Below are positions 1-9,658 of a stretch of 64,000 nt of DNA, piece by piece. Source of the DNA: OCS116 cluster bacterium AG-390-I16 (GTDB lineage Bacteria > Pseudomonadota > Alphaproteobacteria > MED-G09); the NCBI GenBank assembly GCA_003279705.1, contig QCGZ01000002.1, forward strand, positions 91,266 to 155,265, read 5' to 3'. Under the pieces are notes generated by a model, which was not told the origin of the DNA, made no database searches, and saw only the letters and a program-made list of their open reading frames with translations. Numbering within the stretch: the first letter of the stretch is position 1; every line of letters begins with the position of its first letter. Made by a program: the position numbers and the translations under genes.

Positions 1-117
1 ATGAAAAAATATTAATGCATTACAAAATCAAAAAATAAAGAGTTTATTTATTTTTTTTTCTTAAGATTAAAAAATTTGTATTTATAGATAAAGAAACGAA
101 TCTGATAATAATTTTAA

Positions 118-1077
118 ATGTCTAATTTTTTTAAAAATTTCTTAAAGCCTGAATCAGGTTTAGCTAAATTTCTTTTAATTATTTTTGTAGTTTTTTTCTT
201 TTCGTTGGAGTTTTTACCTTTTCTTGAACCCATTAAACGATTTTTAAATGCTGATGAACTTTCAATAAGTATTGGGGAGACTAAATTTTCTGCTTATCTG
301 ATAATTCAGGGAACCTTAATCATAGCTGCTCTTTTGTGGTTAACAGGGGTACTATCCGATATTGCTGCAAAATTTGTTAAAAAAATTCCTGGAATTAATT
401 CAAATAACAGAAACCTTATAACCAAAGCATTACAAATTTTAATTTATTTTATAGCATTTCAAATTGGAATGAATTTTCTTGGTATAGACCTTACTGCTTT
501 AGCGGTATTTAGTGGTGCCTTGGGTATTGGTATAGGTTTTGGTCTTCAAAAAATTACATCTAATTTCATTAGTGGAATAATTATTTTATTTGAAAAAACT
601 GTACAAAATGACGATTTAATTGAGTTAAACGATGGAACATTGGGTTTTATTAGAAATACCGGATCAAGAGCATCCCTTATCGAAACATATGATGGAAAAG
701 AGGTTATGGTTCCCAATGAAGACCTAATTACAAATAGAGTTATAAATTATACTCACAGTAATAAAAAAGCCAGAATTACAATAAATATTGGTGTTTCTTA
801 TGACTGTGATATTAAAAAAGCACAGGAATTGATATTAGAATCTGCTAATGAACACCCTAAAACAGCCAAACACCCTAAACCTTTATGTTTTTTAAGAGAA
901 TTTGCTGATAGTTCAGTAAATTTTCTTTTATTGTTTTGGATAAATGATGTGATAGACGGTCGTTATGGTCCACAAAGTGATGTTTTATTTTCAATTTGGG
1001 AAAAATTTAAAGAAAACAATATTGAAATACCATATCCACAAAGAGATATTCACATCAAAGAGAGTAAAAATAAATAA
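118..1077 (+). CDS. MscS-family small-conductance mechanosensitive channel
   Basis: 319-aa ORF with N-terminal TM helices followed by the MscS core: GIGIGFGLQKITSNFISGIIILFEK ... GKEVMVPNEDLITNRVINYT. Confidence 0.85.
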   Translation: MSNFFKNFLKPESGLAKFLLIIFVVFFFSLEFLPFLEPIKRFLNADELSISIGETKFSAYLIIQGTLIIAALLWLTGVLSDIAAKFVKKIPGINSNNRNLITKALQILIYFIAFQIGMNFLGIDLTALAVFSGALGIGIGFGLQKITSNFISGIIILFEKTVQNDDLIELNDGTLGFIRNTGSRASLIETYDGKEVMVPNEDLITNRVINYTHSNKKARITINIGVSYDCDIKKAQELILESANEHPKTAKHPKPLCFLREFADSSVNFLLLFWINDVIDGRYGPQSDVLFSIWEKFKENNIEIPYPQRDIHIKESKNK

Positions 1078-1820
1078 TGTTAAATATCAAAAATATAATC
1101 TTTTTGTGTTTTTCATTAATTTTTTCAAACAATATTTTATTCGCGCAAATAGTAAATATGGAATCTGCAAGAAAAGAAAACTTATCAGGATTTCACTTTC
1201 AGGCAAATTTAGGGCTTAACGGCTCCAGCGGTACAGTTGATAGAACTAATTATTCAGTTGAGACTAGACTAGATTTTAACTCTGATAAATGGCAGAGATT
1301 TATAGTTTTTTCATACAAAAGAGAGGAAAAAGATGACTCAATTACTTCCAATAATACCTTTTTTCATTTAAGAGCAGTTAGAAAAGTTAATAGCCTTTTT
1401 TCCTGGGAAATATTTACTCAACTTAGCGAAAAACCTCTGCAAAAAATTAAAAGAAGAGAACTTTTTGGTGCAGGTGTAAGACTAAGTCCATTTAAATCCC
1501 TAAGAATAGGACTTGGTTTATTCGATGAAAATGAAGAGAGAATATTGTCAGAAACAAGAAAAACAACTCGTTTAAATACTTATATCACTAATAATTTTAA
1601 AATATCTGATACAGCAACATTTGAATCAACCCTATATATTCAACCTGATATTGATGACTTTTCAGAGGTCAGGTCATTTTTTGTTGCTGGATTGAGATTA
1701 AAAATAAATGAAAAATTTTCTTCAATCATTTCTTATGAAAATACATATGACTCATCTCCTCCTCCAAATACAGATGAGTCAAATTCATTTTATGGAATAA
1801 AATTTAGTTTTGAATATTAA
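1077..1820 (+). CDS. Putative outer-membrane beta-barrel protein (DUF481/YdiY-like)
   Basis: Start overlaps the mscS stop (TAATG). Hydrophobic N-terminus, alternating beta-strand pattern and aromatic C-terminal end (IKFSFEY). Family assignment is from memory only. Confidence 0.4.
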   Translation: MLNIKNIIFLCFSLIFSNNILFAQIVNMESARKENLSGFHFQANLGLNGSSGTVDRTNYSVETRLDFNSDKWQRFIVFSYKREEKDDSITSNNTFFHLRAVRKVNSLFSWEIFTQLSEKPLQKIKRRELFGAGVRLSPFKSLRIGLGLFDENEERILSETRKTTRLNTYITNNFKISDTATFESTLYIQPDIDDFSEVRSFFVAGLRLKINEKFSSIISYENTYDSSPPPNTDESNSFYGIKFSFEY

Positions 1821-2036
1821 ATAATCATTAATTTTCAATATAATATGATAATAAATTAAAGTATTCTAAAATTAAATTTTTAAATTCTGGCGTTATATAA
1901 AAAGTTACAAAAACACCTAAAATAAAACCAATTAAAAATTTAATCACAAATTTTTTCCTTTTTTCTATTATAAATCTTTTTATTTTTTACAACTCTTTGA
2001 TAAGTTGCTTGTTTTTGTCTGATAACTCTTGGTTTT

Positions 2037-2621
2037 TTAGGAGTTTTCTCTTTCATTGCTTGTATTCCAAAGACCAGCTTCTTTTAACTTTCTTCTTTTA
2101 TTCTCAAAATAGTCAATTAAGGAAGGATTTAAGGTAACAGCTTTTTTATAAAAACTAACAGCTTCATCAATATTTCCAAGGTATTCATGAGCCATTCCTT
2201 TGTTAAAATAAATAGCAGAAATATCATCTAAGTTGTTCTCATAAGACGCCTGATATTTTTCTAGGGCACCTTTATAATTTTTTAATAGTAATAAACTATT
2301 TCCTTGATTTAAAAGCACCTCAGCTTTCATACTTTCATTTTTAAATGCAATTTCAAATTGCTCTAGAGCCAATCTTGGTTTTGATTTGTTATTATATATT
2401 ATACCAAGATTAATTCTTGTAGCATCAAGATCTTTTTTTGAAATTGTTTTATCAGATATTGCCTTTAAACAGGTAAAAATAGATGATTGAGTGGTGTATC
2501 CGTATTTAGCGTGTTTATAACAAATTAGTGCATCGCTGCTACCAACTACAGTTACGGCAGCATTTAAATTACTTGAACCTAAAAAAATTAGAAAAGAAAA
2601 AATTATTAATTTATTTAACAT
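2037..2621 (-). CDS. Secreted TPR-repeat protein
   Basis: Signal peptide (LIIFSFLIFLGSSNLNAA). Repeated A/Y/G-spaced TPR-like helices, e.g. YFNKGMAHEYLGNIDEAVSFYKKAVTLNP. Confidence 0.55.
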   Translation of the reverse strand: MLNKLIIFSFLIFLGSSNLNAAVTVVGSSDALICYKHAKYGYTTQSSIFTCLKAISDKTISKKDLDATRINLGIIYNNKSKPRLALEQFEIAFKNESMKAEVLLNQGNSLLLLKNYKGALEKYQASYENNLDDISAIYFNKGMAHEYLGNIDEAVSFYKKAVTLNPSLIDYFENKRRKLKEAGLWNTSNERENS

Positions 2622-2630
2622 TATATATCC

Positions 2631-3140
2631 TTAAAAATCTGTTGAAAATCCATCTGAAACATGGCGTTCAGGCCAGAAAAATTCCAAATTCATATTTTTA
2701 ATTTTCCATTCGCCATTAACTTTGACATATTCCTCATCGTAAAGAGCAAGCCAAAGAAAATTACTAGACCCGGGCTCAATGTCTGATCCATCCATATTTT
2801 TAGTTATACCGTCAAGTAAATAAACCCTCCCCTTCGCTGAATCAGGTCCGGTAATTTTTATCAGATGATTTGTATTTACATGCATACTTACAAATGGAGT
2901 ATTCAATGTATCCTTAAAAGTTTCTTTATAATTATTGTAAATTACTTCTTTTCCAACCCAGTCGCCGTAAGGTCCATAACCACAAATTGCACCTTCAGCA
3001 AAAACATCCATTAATTTATCAAGATCTCTTGAATCCATATGATAAGAATACCTAAACCTTAATTCTTTAATTTTTTCAATATCAAGCAAACTCCTTAAAG
3101 ATTTAATTTCCTCTAATGTTAAATTTTCTTCATTACTCAT
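2631..3140 (-). CDS. NTF2/SnoaL-like fold protein (cytoplasmic)
   Basis: 169 aa. Pattern IEKIKELRFRYSYHMDSRDLDKLMDVFAE ... GEWKIKNMNL is typical of SnoaL_4/NTF2-like proteins. Confidence 0.55.
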   Translation of the reverse strand: MSNEENLTLEEIKSLRSLLDIEKIKELRFRYSYHMDSRDLDKLMDVFAEGAICGYGPYGDWVGKEVIYNNYKETFKDTLNTPFVSMHVNTNHLIKITGPDSAKGRVYLLDGITKNMDGSDIEPGSSNFLWLALYDEEYVKVNGEWKIKNMNLEFFWPERHVSDGFSTDF

Positions 3141-3369
3141 CGCTTTCTCCTTCCGAATATTGTTGATACTTAGCCTTACCTACTGAAGATACTTTAACTG
3201 GCGGATGAATAAAATCCTTATGAGTATTTTGTACAGGAGGTAAAAAAGATATAGAACCAAATGAAGTTTCTACAACACCTGGATTTTTAATTATTGACTT
3301 CCAATCATTACTTATATTTTTCATAGAATTATAATAAAATAATTTTCTTAATATTTCAAAGAATATCAT
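3133..3369 (-). CDS. Hypothetical protein
   Basis: 78-aa ORF overlapping the next gene by 8 nt. No recognisable motif. With the first ATG it leaves only 18 nt to the divergent gene, so the true start may be internal (MKNISNDW). Confidence 0.25.
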   Translation of the reverse strand: MIFFEILRKLFYYNSMKNISNDWKSIIKNPGVVETSFGSISFLPPVQNTHKDFIHPPVKVSSVGKAKYQQYSEGESDE

Positions 3370-3387
3370 TTTCTGATAGTTTAAGAT

Positions 3388-3804
3388 ATGGGTATAAAAA
3401 AAGATCTAGAAAAGTTTGAACAATGGTATGAAACAGAACCATTTGAAGATTTTGTTGGTCCCTTCTTTTATAAAAAAAATAAAAATAATTATATTTCTGC
3501 TTTTGAATGTAAAGATCATCATCTTAACGCCATGGGAACTCTTCACGGTGGTATGATTATGTCTTTTATAGATTATACAATGTTTGTAGTTTGTCTTGAG
3601 GCCATAAAAGAACAATCATTTGTGACTGTGTCGTGCTCAACTGAATTTTTAAACCCTTCCGTAAATGATGAAATAATTTATGGTGATGGTGAAATTACTC
3701 AAGAAACTAAGTCTATGATTTTTGTAAAGGGCAAAATTTTTAATAATCAAAATAAAAAAATCTCTACTTTTAGCGGTATTCTTAAAAAAATAAGATCTAA
3801 ATAA
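3388..3804 (+). CDS. PaaI-family hotdog-fold thioesterase
   Basis: 138 aa. NAMGTLHGGMIMSFIDYTM motif, plus the C-terminal beta-sheet pattern of PaaI/YigI thioesterases. Confidence 0.7.
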   Translation: MGIKKDLEKFEQWYETEPFEDFVGPFFYKKNKNNYISAFECKDHHLNAMGTLHGGMIMSFIDYTMFVVCLEAIKEQSFVTVSCSTEFLNPSVNDEIIYGDGEITQETKSMIFVKGKIFNNQNKKISTFSGILKKIRSK

Positions 3805-4225
3805 TTACAGGGATAATTAAACATATTACAACAAGAGTTGTTATAAGTGTCCTAGAATAGATATACTTCAGTTGAGTAATATTTTGTCGATAAATATAAA
3901 AATCAATCAATAATAGAATGACTAAAATTAATATTTGTAATAAAAAAAAATAATTTATTTTTAAAAATAAAATTCCAAAAAAACTTGAGATTGTAAGAAA
4001 GTTACTTAAAAAAAATAAATTAATTTTTAGAGTATTATTCGTTAAAAATAATCCCCAATGACTTCCACAAATAAAAGATATAATCGATAAGCTGTATATT
4101 GATAAAATATAATTAATATCTAAGTAAAAAAACTCTTCAAGAGATATTATTCTTAAAAATGAAAAAAAAACAAAAGGAATGCTTCCTATGAAAATCAATA
4201 TATAAGGTAAATTTTTTTTATTCAT
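3797..4225 (-). CDS. Integral membrane protein (DUF3429-like)
   Basis: 142 aa, 4-5 TM helices. GSIPFVFF and CGSHWGL motifs resemble DUF3429. Family assignment from memory. Confidence 0.4.
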   Translation of the reverse strand: MNKKNLPYILIFIGSIPFVFFSFLRIISLEEFFYLDINYILSIYSLSIISFICGSHWGLFLTNNTLKINLFFLSNFLTISSFFGILFLKINYFFLLQILILVILLLIDFYIYRQNITQLKYIYSRTLITTLVVICLIIPVII

Positions 4226-4367
4226 TTAATTTTTATTTCTTCTACATCTCTCTGAGCAATATAAGACTTGATCCCAACATGATTTCCATTTCTTTCTCCA
4301 AGAAAAATCTTTTTTGCATACTTTGCATATTTTTGTTGGTAAATTTTTTTTATTCATCTTTTGATAA

Positions 4368-6182
4368 CTATGCTTTACTCATTTTTTTTCTTTCATTTGG
4401 ATCTAAATACTTTTTCCTAAGCCTTAAATTATTTGGCGTGACTTCCAATAGCTCATCATTTTCAATATAGGCCATCATTTGTTCAAGTGACATTTTTTGA
4501 TGGGGTACAAGTATTACCGCTTCATCTGCTCCAGATGATCTAACATTAGAATGCTTCTTTCCTTTTAAAACATTAATACCTAAATCATTATCTCGATTAT
4601 GTTCTCCAACTATCATTCCCTCATAAACCTCTGTTTGAGGACCTAAAAACATTATACCACGATCTTGAAGGTTAAAGAGCGCATAAGCAACAGCTGAACC
4701 AGTCTCAGTAGAGATTAAAACGCCATTTCTTCTTCCTTCTATATCACCCTTATAAGGACCATACTCGTGAAAAACTCTATTAATTACACCTGTTCCCTTA
4801 GTAAGCGTTAAAAATCTATTCTGAAAGCCAATCAAAGCCCTAGAAGGTGCATGAAAAATAATTCTAGTTTTCCCTTCGCCTGATGACCGCATATCTACCA
4901 TATCGCCCTTTCTTCTATTCATATTATCAAGAACAGGACTAGAATATTCTTCATCGACATCAATTGTTACTTCTTCAATAGGCTCTAGCTTTTCATTTTT
5001 ACCGCCTATCTTGTATAAAACTTTTGGTCTCGAAACAGTAAGTTCAAAACCCTCTCTTCTCATCGTTTCAATTAAAACACCCAATTGAAGCTCGCCCCTT
5101 CCACCAATTTCAAAAGATTCTTTTCCTCCAGCCTCAGAAAAAGTAATTGCAACATTTGTTTCAGATTCAGCAATTAGTCTTTCTCTAATGACAGTTGAAG
5201 TGACTTTTTTTCCATCCCTTCCAGCAAAAGGAGAGTCATTGACAGTAATAGTTACAGACATTGTTGGAGGATCTATTGGTGTAGATTTTAAAGGGGTTGT
5301 AACATTGTTATTGCAGATTGTGTCTGCAACAGAAGCTTTTGTTAAACCGGCTATGCAAATGATATCACCACAAAAAACTTCATCAACTGGAACTTTCTTT
5401 GTTCCCTCAAATTTAAAAAGTTTTGTTAAACGTCCATTCTCAATTAAATTTGAATTTAAATCAATTGCCTTTACTGAATCATTAATTTTTGCATTTCCTG
5501 AAATTACCTTACCAGTTAAACACCTCCCTAAATAAGAGTCATAATCAAGCAAAGTAGCAAGCATTGCAAAATCGTTTTCTTCATCAACCTTTGGCTCTGG
5601 AACGTGGTCAACTATTAAACTCATCAAAGGTTTAAGATCACTAGATTTATCGTTCAAATCGGTTACACACCATCCTGATCTTCCAGATGCATATAAAATC
5701 GGAAAGTCAAGTTGTTCATCATTTGCATCCAATGAAACAAATAAATCAAATATTTCATTCACAACCTCATCAGGCCTTTTGTCTTGTCTATCAATCTTAT
5801 TAACAATAACCATGGGTCTTAAACCAAGTTTAAGAGCTTTTCCTAAAACAAACTTTGTTTGAGGCATCGGACCTTCTGCTGAGTCAACAAGCAAAATAAC
5901 TCCATCCGCCATACCCAGTACTCTCTCTACCTCCCCACCAAAATCAGCATGACCTGGTGTATCAATAATATTGATCCTAATATCATTCCAAGTTATGGAG
6001 GTTGGTTTTGCTAAAATTGTGATACCGCGTTCTTTTTCAAGATCACCAGAATCCATTAATCTTTCGTCAACTTGTTGATTATCTCTAAATAAGCCGCTTT
6101 GTTTCATCATAGAGTCTATCAATGTAGTCTTTCCATGATCAACATGTGCAATAATAGCAATATTTCTAATTTTTTGGTTCAT
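4368..6182 (-). CDS. typA: Translational GTPase TypA/BipA
   Basis: 604 aa. G1 AHVDHGKTT, DTPGHADFGGEVER, NKIDR. Full-length BipA-like architecture. Confidence 0.95.
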   Translation of the reverse strand: MNQKIRNIAIIAHVDHGKTTLIDSMMKQSGLFRDNQQVDERLMDSGDLEKERGITILAKPTSITWNDIRINIIDTPGHADFGGEVERVLGMADGVILLVDSAEGPMPQTKFVLGKALKLGLRPMVIVNKIDRQDKRPDEVVNEIFDLFVSLDANDEQLDFPILYASGRSGWCVTDLNDKSSDLKPLMSLIVDHVPEPKVDEENDFAMLATLLDYDSYLGRCLTGKVISGNAKINDSVKAIDLNSNLIENGRLTKLFKFEGTKKVPVDEVFCGDIICIAGLTKASVADTICNNNVTTPLKSTPIDPPTMSVTITVNDSPFAGRDGKKVTSTVIRERLIAESETNVAITFSEAGGKESFEIGGRGELQLGVLIETMRREGFELTVSRPKVLYKIGGKNEKLEPIEEVTIDVDEEYSSPVLDNMNRRKGDMVDMRSSGEGKTRIIFHAPSRALIGFQNRFLTLTKGTGVINRVFHEYGPYKGDIEGRRNGVLISTETGSAVAYALFNLQDRGIMFLGPQTEVYEGMIVGEHNRDNDLGINVLKGKKHSNVRSSGADEAVILVPHQKMSLEQMMAYIENDELLEVTPNNLRLRKKYLDPNERKKMSKA

Positions 6183-6406
6183 AATGCCTTGATTTAATTT
6201 TTGAAAGGTTTTTATATCTTTATTTTAATAATAGATAGTTTTTTTATAAAAAGCATTTTAAGTACCATAATAACAATAGCACTGTAATCACTGGAAATAT
6301 AAATAAAGATATAATTCTAAACATTGTTACTTAATCGAAGAAATAATATATTAATGCAAGTAAAATATTTATGAATTAAAAGGTTTTTATAGAAAGAGAA
6401 ATTTTA

Positions 6407-6565
6407 ATGATTGATTCACCCTGTATTGGTATTTGCGCACTTCATAAAATTAACAATCAAACACTTTGCGCAGGCTGCAAAAGAAACCCAAATGAGATTA
6501 GAAACTGGATGAAATTTTCTAATAAGAAAAAAAAAGAAGTCATAAAAAGATTAAAAGTAAGATAG
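6407..6565 (+). CDS. DUF1289-family small Cys-rich protein
   Basis: 52-aa ORF below the track cut-off: MIDSPCIGICALHKINNQTLCAGCKRNPNEIRNWMKFSNKKKKEVIKRLKVR. It matches the PCIGxC...CxGCxR..xEIxxW pattern of DUF1289. Confidence 0.6.
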   Translation: MIDSPCIGICALHKINNQTLCAGCKRNPNEIRNWMKFSNKKKKEVIKRLKVR

Positions 6566-6566
6566 T

Positions 6567-6716
6567 CTAATAAATAAATGGTAAGGATGAACCACACTCA
6601 ATACATAAATTTCTTTTTAGACTTTTAATTGGATTCATATACTGGCAATTGTAACAAGTAATATGACCATTCATTTCAATTAGTTTTTTACTCCTCTTTT
6701 TTCTCTCTGTTTTCAT
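6567..6716 (-). CDS. Possible small zinc-ribbon protein
   Basis: 49-aa ORF below the track cut-off: MKTERKKRSKKLIEMNGHITCYNCQYMNPIKSLKRNLCIECGSSLPFIY (CxxC-N13-CxxC). Convergent with the DUF1289 ORF, stops 1 nt apart. Confidence 0.3.
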   Translation of the reverse strand: MKTERKKRSKKLIEMNGHITCYNCQYMNPIKSLKRNLCIECGSSLPFIY

Positions 6717-6722
6717 CTAAAA

Positions 6723-7178
6723 TTAAATCCAGCGTCGAACCTTTGAACAATAGTCCAAATATTCATCATTAAATAAACCTTTCATAGTCTCTTCTTCAGG
6801 AATAATTTGAAAGACCGTTATGTAAAGAATAAAAAGAGGAACATAAACTATAATTCCAAGCAGTGAACTAAAATAAAAACATGAAGCCAAAAGAATACTC
6901 GTTAGACCAACGTACATCGGATTTCGCGTATACTTAAAAATACCCGAAGTAACCAAGCTAGTTGATGTTTCTGGTTTCATTGGATTTACTGTTGTTTCAG
7001 ATTTTTTAAACTCTTTTGTTGCTGAGAAAATTATCACAAAACCAATAATTAAAAATAGAATTGATAGCGTATTCTGAAGATGCGGATGTAAATAAAGAAT
7101 TAAAATATAATCTTTAGATAAAAAAATCAGTAATATACCAATTAAAGCAACTATAGGGGGTGGTATTCTTAAATGCAT
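6723..7178 (-). CDS. ICMT/phospholipid-methyltransferase-family membrane methyltransferase
   Basis: 151 aa, polytopic. YTRNPMYVG motif characteristic of isoprenylcysteine carboxyl methyltransferase-like proteins. Confidence 0.6.
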   Translation of the reverse strand: MHLRIPPPIVALIGILLIFLSKDYILILYLHPHLQNTLSILFLIIGFVIIFSATKEFKKSETTVNPMKPETSTSLVTSGIFKYTRNPMYVGLTSILLASCFYFSSLLGIIVYVPLFILYITVFQIIPEEETMKGLFNDEYLDYCSKVRRWI

Positions 7179-7280
7179 AATAACCTCGAAAAATTTATAT
7201 AATTAAAATCCAAATGAAATAACTTATCAACAACCAGGCAATTGATCCTAAAAATAGCTTTAAAAAAAACATAATACTAT

Positions 7281-8021
7281 CTAAAAGTCCTGAGCAGTTG
7301 GCCTAAGCACAATCTCATTTGCAGCAACACCTGGTTTCTGTTCTAAAGCATATAAAATTGCATCAGCAATTATTTCCGCTGGCTGTGCTAAATTTACATA
7401 TTGTGCTTGGGTGGATAAATATTCGAGCATTGACTCATCTTTTATAGATGCTCCCAGCTCGGTTTCAAAAGCTCCAGGGAAAATGCATGTAATTTGAAGT
7501 TTTCCAGCACTTTCTATTCTTAATCCTTCCGAAATTGCACCAACGGCAAATTTTGTCCCAGAGTAAACAGAGCTTCCTGGTATAAGTCTCTTTCCTGCCA
7601 CAGATGAAATGTTTATAATTTTACCACTTCCTCTCTCCATCATATGTGTATAAACAGAGTCTATAGCATATAAGACGCCCTTAATATTAACATCAATCAT
7701 ACTATCCCATTCATCAGTTCTTCCTTGTTCAATAAAAGATAGGGGCATAATTCCAGCATTATTTACTAATGAGTCTATTTGGCCAAATGTATCAATTCCG
7801 TATTTTGTTAAATCGTTAACATTTTGCTTATTTGTAACATCCGTAACTTTAAAAATTGCATTTTCATTACCTAATGAATTGCATAACTCAGCTAATCTAT
7901 CCTCTCTTCTAGCACCAAGAACAACTTTTGCACCATGCTCAACGCATTTCTTGGCTGTGACCATTCCAAAACCAGAACTTGCTCCAGTAATCAAGATAAC
8001 TTTTCCTTCAATACAGCTCAT
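7281..8021 (-). CDS. Short-chain dehydrogenase/reductase (SDR)
   Basis: TGASSGFG cofactor motif, NNAG, catalytic YSGTKFA. Confidence 0.85.
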   Translation of the reverse strand: MSCIEGKVILITGASSGFGMVTAKKCVEHGAKVVLGARREDRLAELCNSLGNENAIFKVTDVTNKQNVNDLTKYGIDTFGQIDSLVNNAGIMPLSFIEQGRTDEWDSMIDVNIKGVLYAIDSVYTHMMERGSGKIINISSVAGKRLIPGSSVYSGTKFAVGAISEGLRIESAGKLQITCIFPGAFETELGASIKDESMLEYLSTQAQYVNLAQPAEIIADAILYALEQKPGVAANEIVLRPTAQDF

Positions 8022-8103
8022 AATAACTCCTTAAAAAATAAAATTAGTTAATAATGGTTATTAAAAACATACAAGTATTAATTTTATAAATTTAGAAATT
8101 TGA

Positions 8104-8180
8104 TGGTGATCCCGAGAGGATTCGAACCTCTGACCTACGGATTAGAAATCCGTTGCTCTATCCAGCTGAGCTACGGGACC
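8104..8180 (-). tRNA. tRNA-Arg (anticodon UCU)
   Basis: Hand fold of the reverse complement: GGTCCCG TA GCTC AGCTGGATA GAGC A ACGGA TTTCTAA TCCGT AGGTC AGAGG TTCGAAT CCTCT CGGGATC A CCA. The 7-bp acceptor stem has one G-U pair. CCA is encoded. Confidence 0.9.
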
Positions 8181-8222
8181 ACTTAAATACATTTAATCCA
8201 ATTTTCTTATAATATAAATGTT

Positions 8223-8987
8223 TTAATAGTCTAGAGAATAAGTTGATATCTCAATCTCATCCTCTGCTTTTGAATATTCAAGATAGGTTTTTATATTTGT
8301 ATTAGTATAATTTTTATTTTTTCTTACATAGTTCAGGTAATCATTTGAGTCTCCTCTTGATCCGACTAAAGCTGAAATTAATCTTCCAACATTATCCGCA
8401 AAAATAACTGAACCACTTTTTAAGAGCCCTCTTTTTTCTATTAAAATAAGGTCTCTTTTATATAAATTCTTCCAGTGATCTAATAAAACAAAATCAAACC
8501 TATATCTAAGGGTTCCAATTAATTTCTCAGATGATCCCTCAATAATTATAATTTTATCTTTTAAACCTGCGTATTTGATTATTTCTAATGCATTTTTTGC
8601 ATACGTCTTATTAATCTCCAAAGAAACAACTTTACCTAATTCATTTAAATTTTTAGCCATTAAAATTGCTGAATAACCGCAAAAACACCCTAGCTCAAGT
8701 ATTGAAATATCATTACCAAGCTTTTTAAGTTCATTTGTTAACAACAGACCTTTTTCGTTACCAATATTCATTAAAAATCTGTTATTTTTTGCAAAATTAT
8801 CCATAGCCTTTAAAATACTATCTGGATTATTTTGTTCTGCATGTTTAAAAACATAATTCTTAACAGAAGAAGAAATCTCTGATCTTTTAAATATTTTATC
8901 AAAAATATTTTCTATAAAAATTCTTAAAATAAATTTTAGATTATTAGGTTTTAGAAAAATTAATTTCATATCGATTATTTTATTCAT
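8223..8987 (-). CDS. Catechol O-methyltransferase-like SAM-dependent O-methyltransferase
   Basis: The sequence follows my recollection of animal COMT closely: HAEQNNPDSILKAMDNF..MNIGNEKG, ELGCFCGYSA (SAM site), LLDHWK (Mg Asp + catalytic Lys), FADNV (Mg Asp/Asn). Confidence 0.75.
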   Translation of the reverse strand: MNKIIDMKLIFLKPNNLKFILRIFIENIFDKIFKRSEISSSVKNYVFKHAEQNNPDSILKAMDNFAKNNRFLMNIGNEKGLLLTNELKKLGNDISILELGCFCGYSAILMAKNLNELGKVVSLEINKTYAKNALEIIKYAGLKDKIIIIEGSSEKLIGTLRYRFDFVLLDHWKNLYKRDLILIEKRGLLKSGSVIFADNVGRLISALVGSRGDSNDYLNYVRKNKNYTNTNIKTYLEYSKAEDEIEISTYSLDY

Positions 8988-9076
8988 ATTTTTATATTAT
9001 TTAATCTACAAAATTTTACAAATGTAATATTATCACGTTATCACATTATCAATTAAATAGATTTTAAAGGAATTAA

Positions 9077-9658
9077 ATGGAAGAAGAGCTATCAGAGTAT
9101 TTAGTTGATCAAGAATTTCTTCAATTTATTAAGGCTATGAAAGTCTATTATTGGACACAGGACCTTTACGATCTTCATGTTTTGAAAAAAAAATGTAGTG
9201 ATAAATTAAAAACTAAATTAAAGTTGAATAAAACTACAAATGAAATACTTGAAGAATATTATCGTTTTTTTGAAGACTCGATTTCAACTGATTTAAAAAA
9301 GAAAAACCCAAGAAGTTATCTTGAAACTGTTGATAGTTTGGTATTACTCTCTCAAAAACATGATAAAATGATACATGATTTTGGGAAAGATAGTATTGAG
9401 GCCAATCAAATATTGAATGAATATTTAGACTGTAGATTAAAATTAAAAATCGATATTGAAGAAAATATGAATGAAATTAAAGATGAGGAAATTGAAGAAA
9501 AAATAAATTCCTATCAGCAGGTAATGTGGTCATTTTTTAATAAAATTAAAATTATATACTTAGAGCATCACAATGAAGCATTAATAATTTGGAATGATGA
9601 TGAGGATAGGTCAATTTTTCTTCCTTCTGACAAACCAACAAATATAGATATTAATTAA
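9077..9658 (+). CDS. Hypothetical acidic cytoplasmic protein
   Basis: 193-aa ORF with normal codon periodicity and no recognisable motif. Confidence 0.4.
   Translation: MEEELSEYLVDQEFLQFIKAMKVYYWTQDLYDLHVLKKKCSDKLKTKLKLNKTTNEILEEYYRFFEDSISTDLKKKNPRSYLETVDSLVLLSQKHDKMIHDFGKDSIEANQILNEYLDCRLKLKIDIEENMNEIKDEEIEEKINSYQQVMWSFFNKIKIIYLEHHNEALIIWNDDEDRSIFLPSDKPTNIDIN

Noticed and set aside
8104-8180. My first parse of this tRNA gave anticodon CUA, which would be an amber suppressor.
   Set aside because: That parse used the wrong 5' end and left mismatched acceptor pairs. Starting at GGTCCCG gives a 7-bp acceptor stem and puts UCU in the anticodon position, so it is an ordinary tRNA-Arg.
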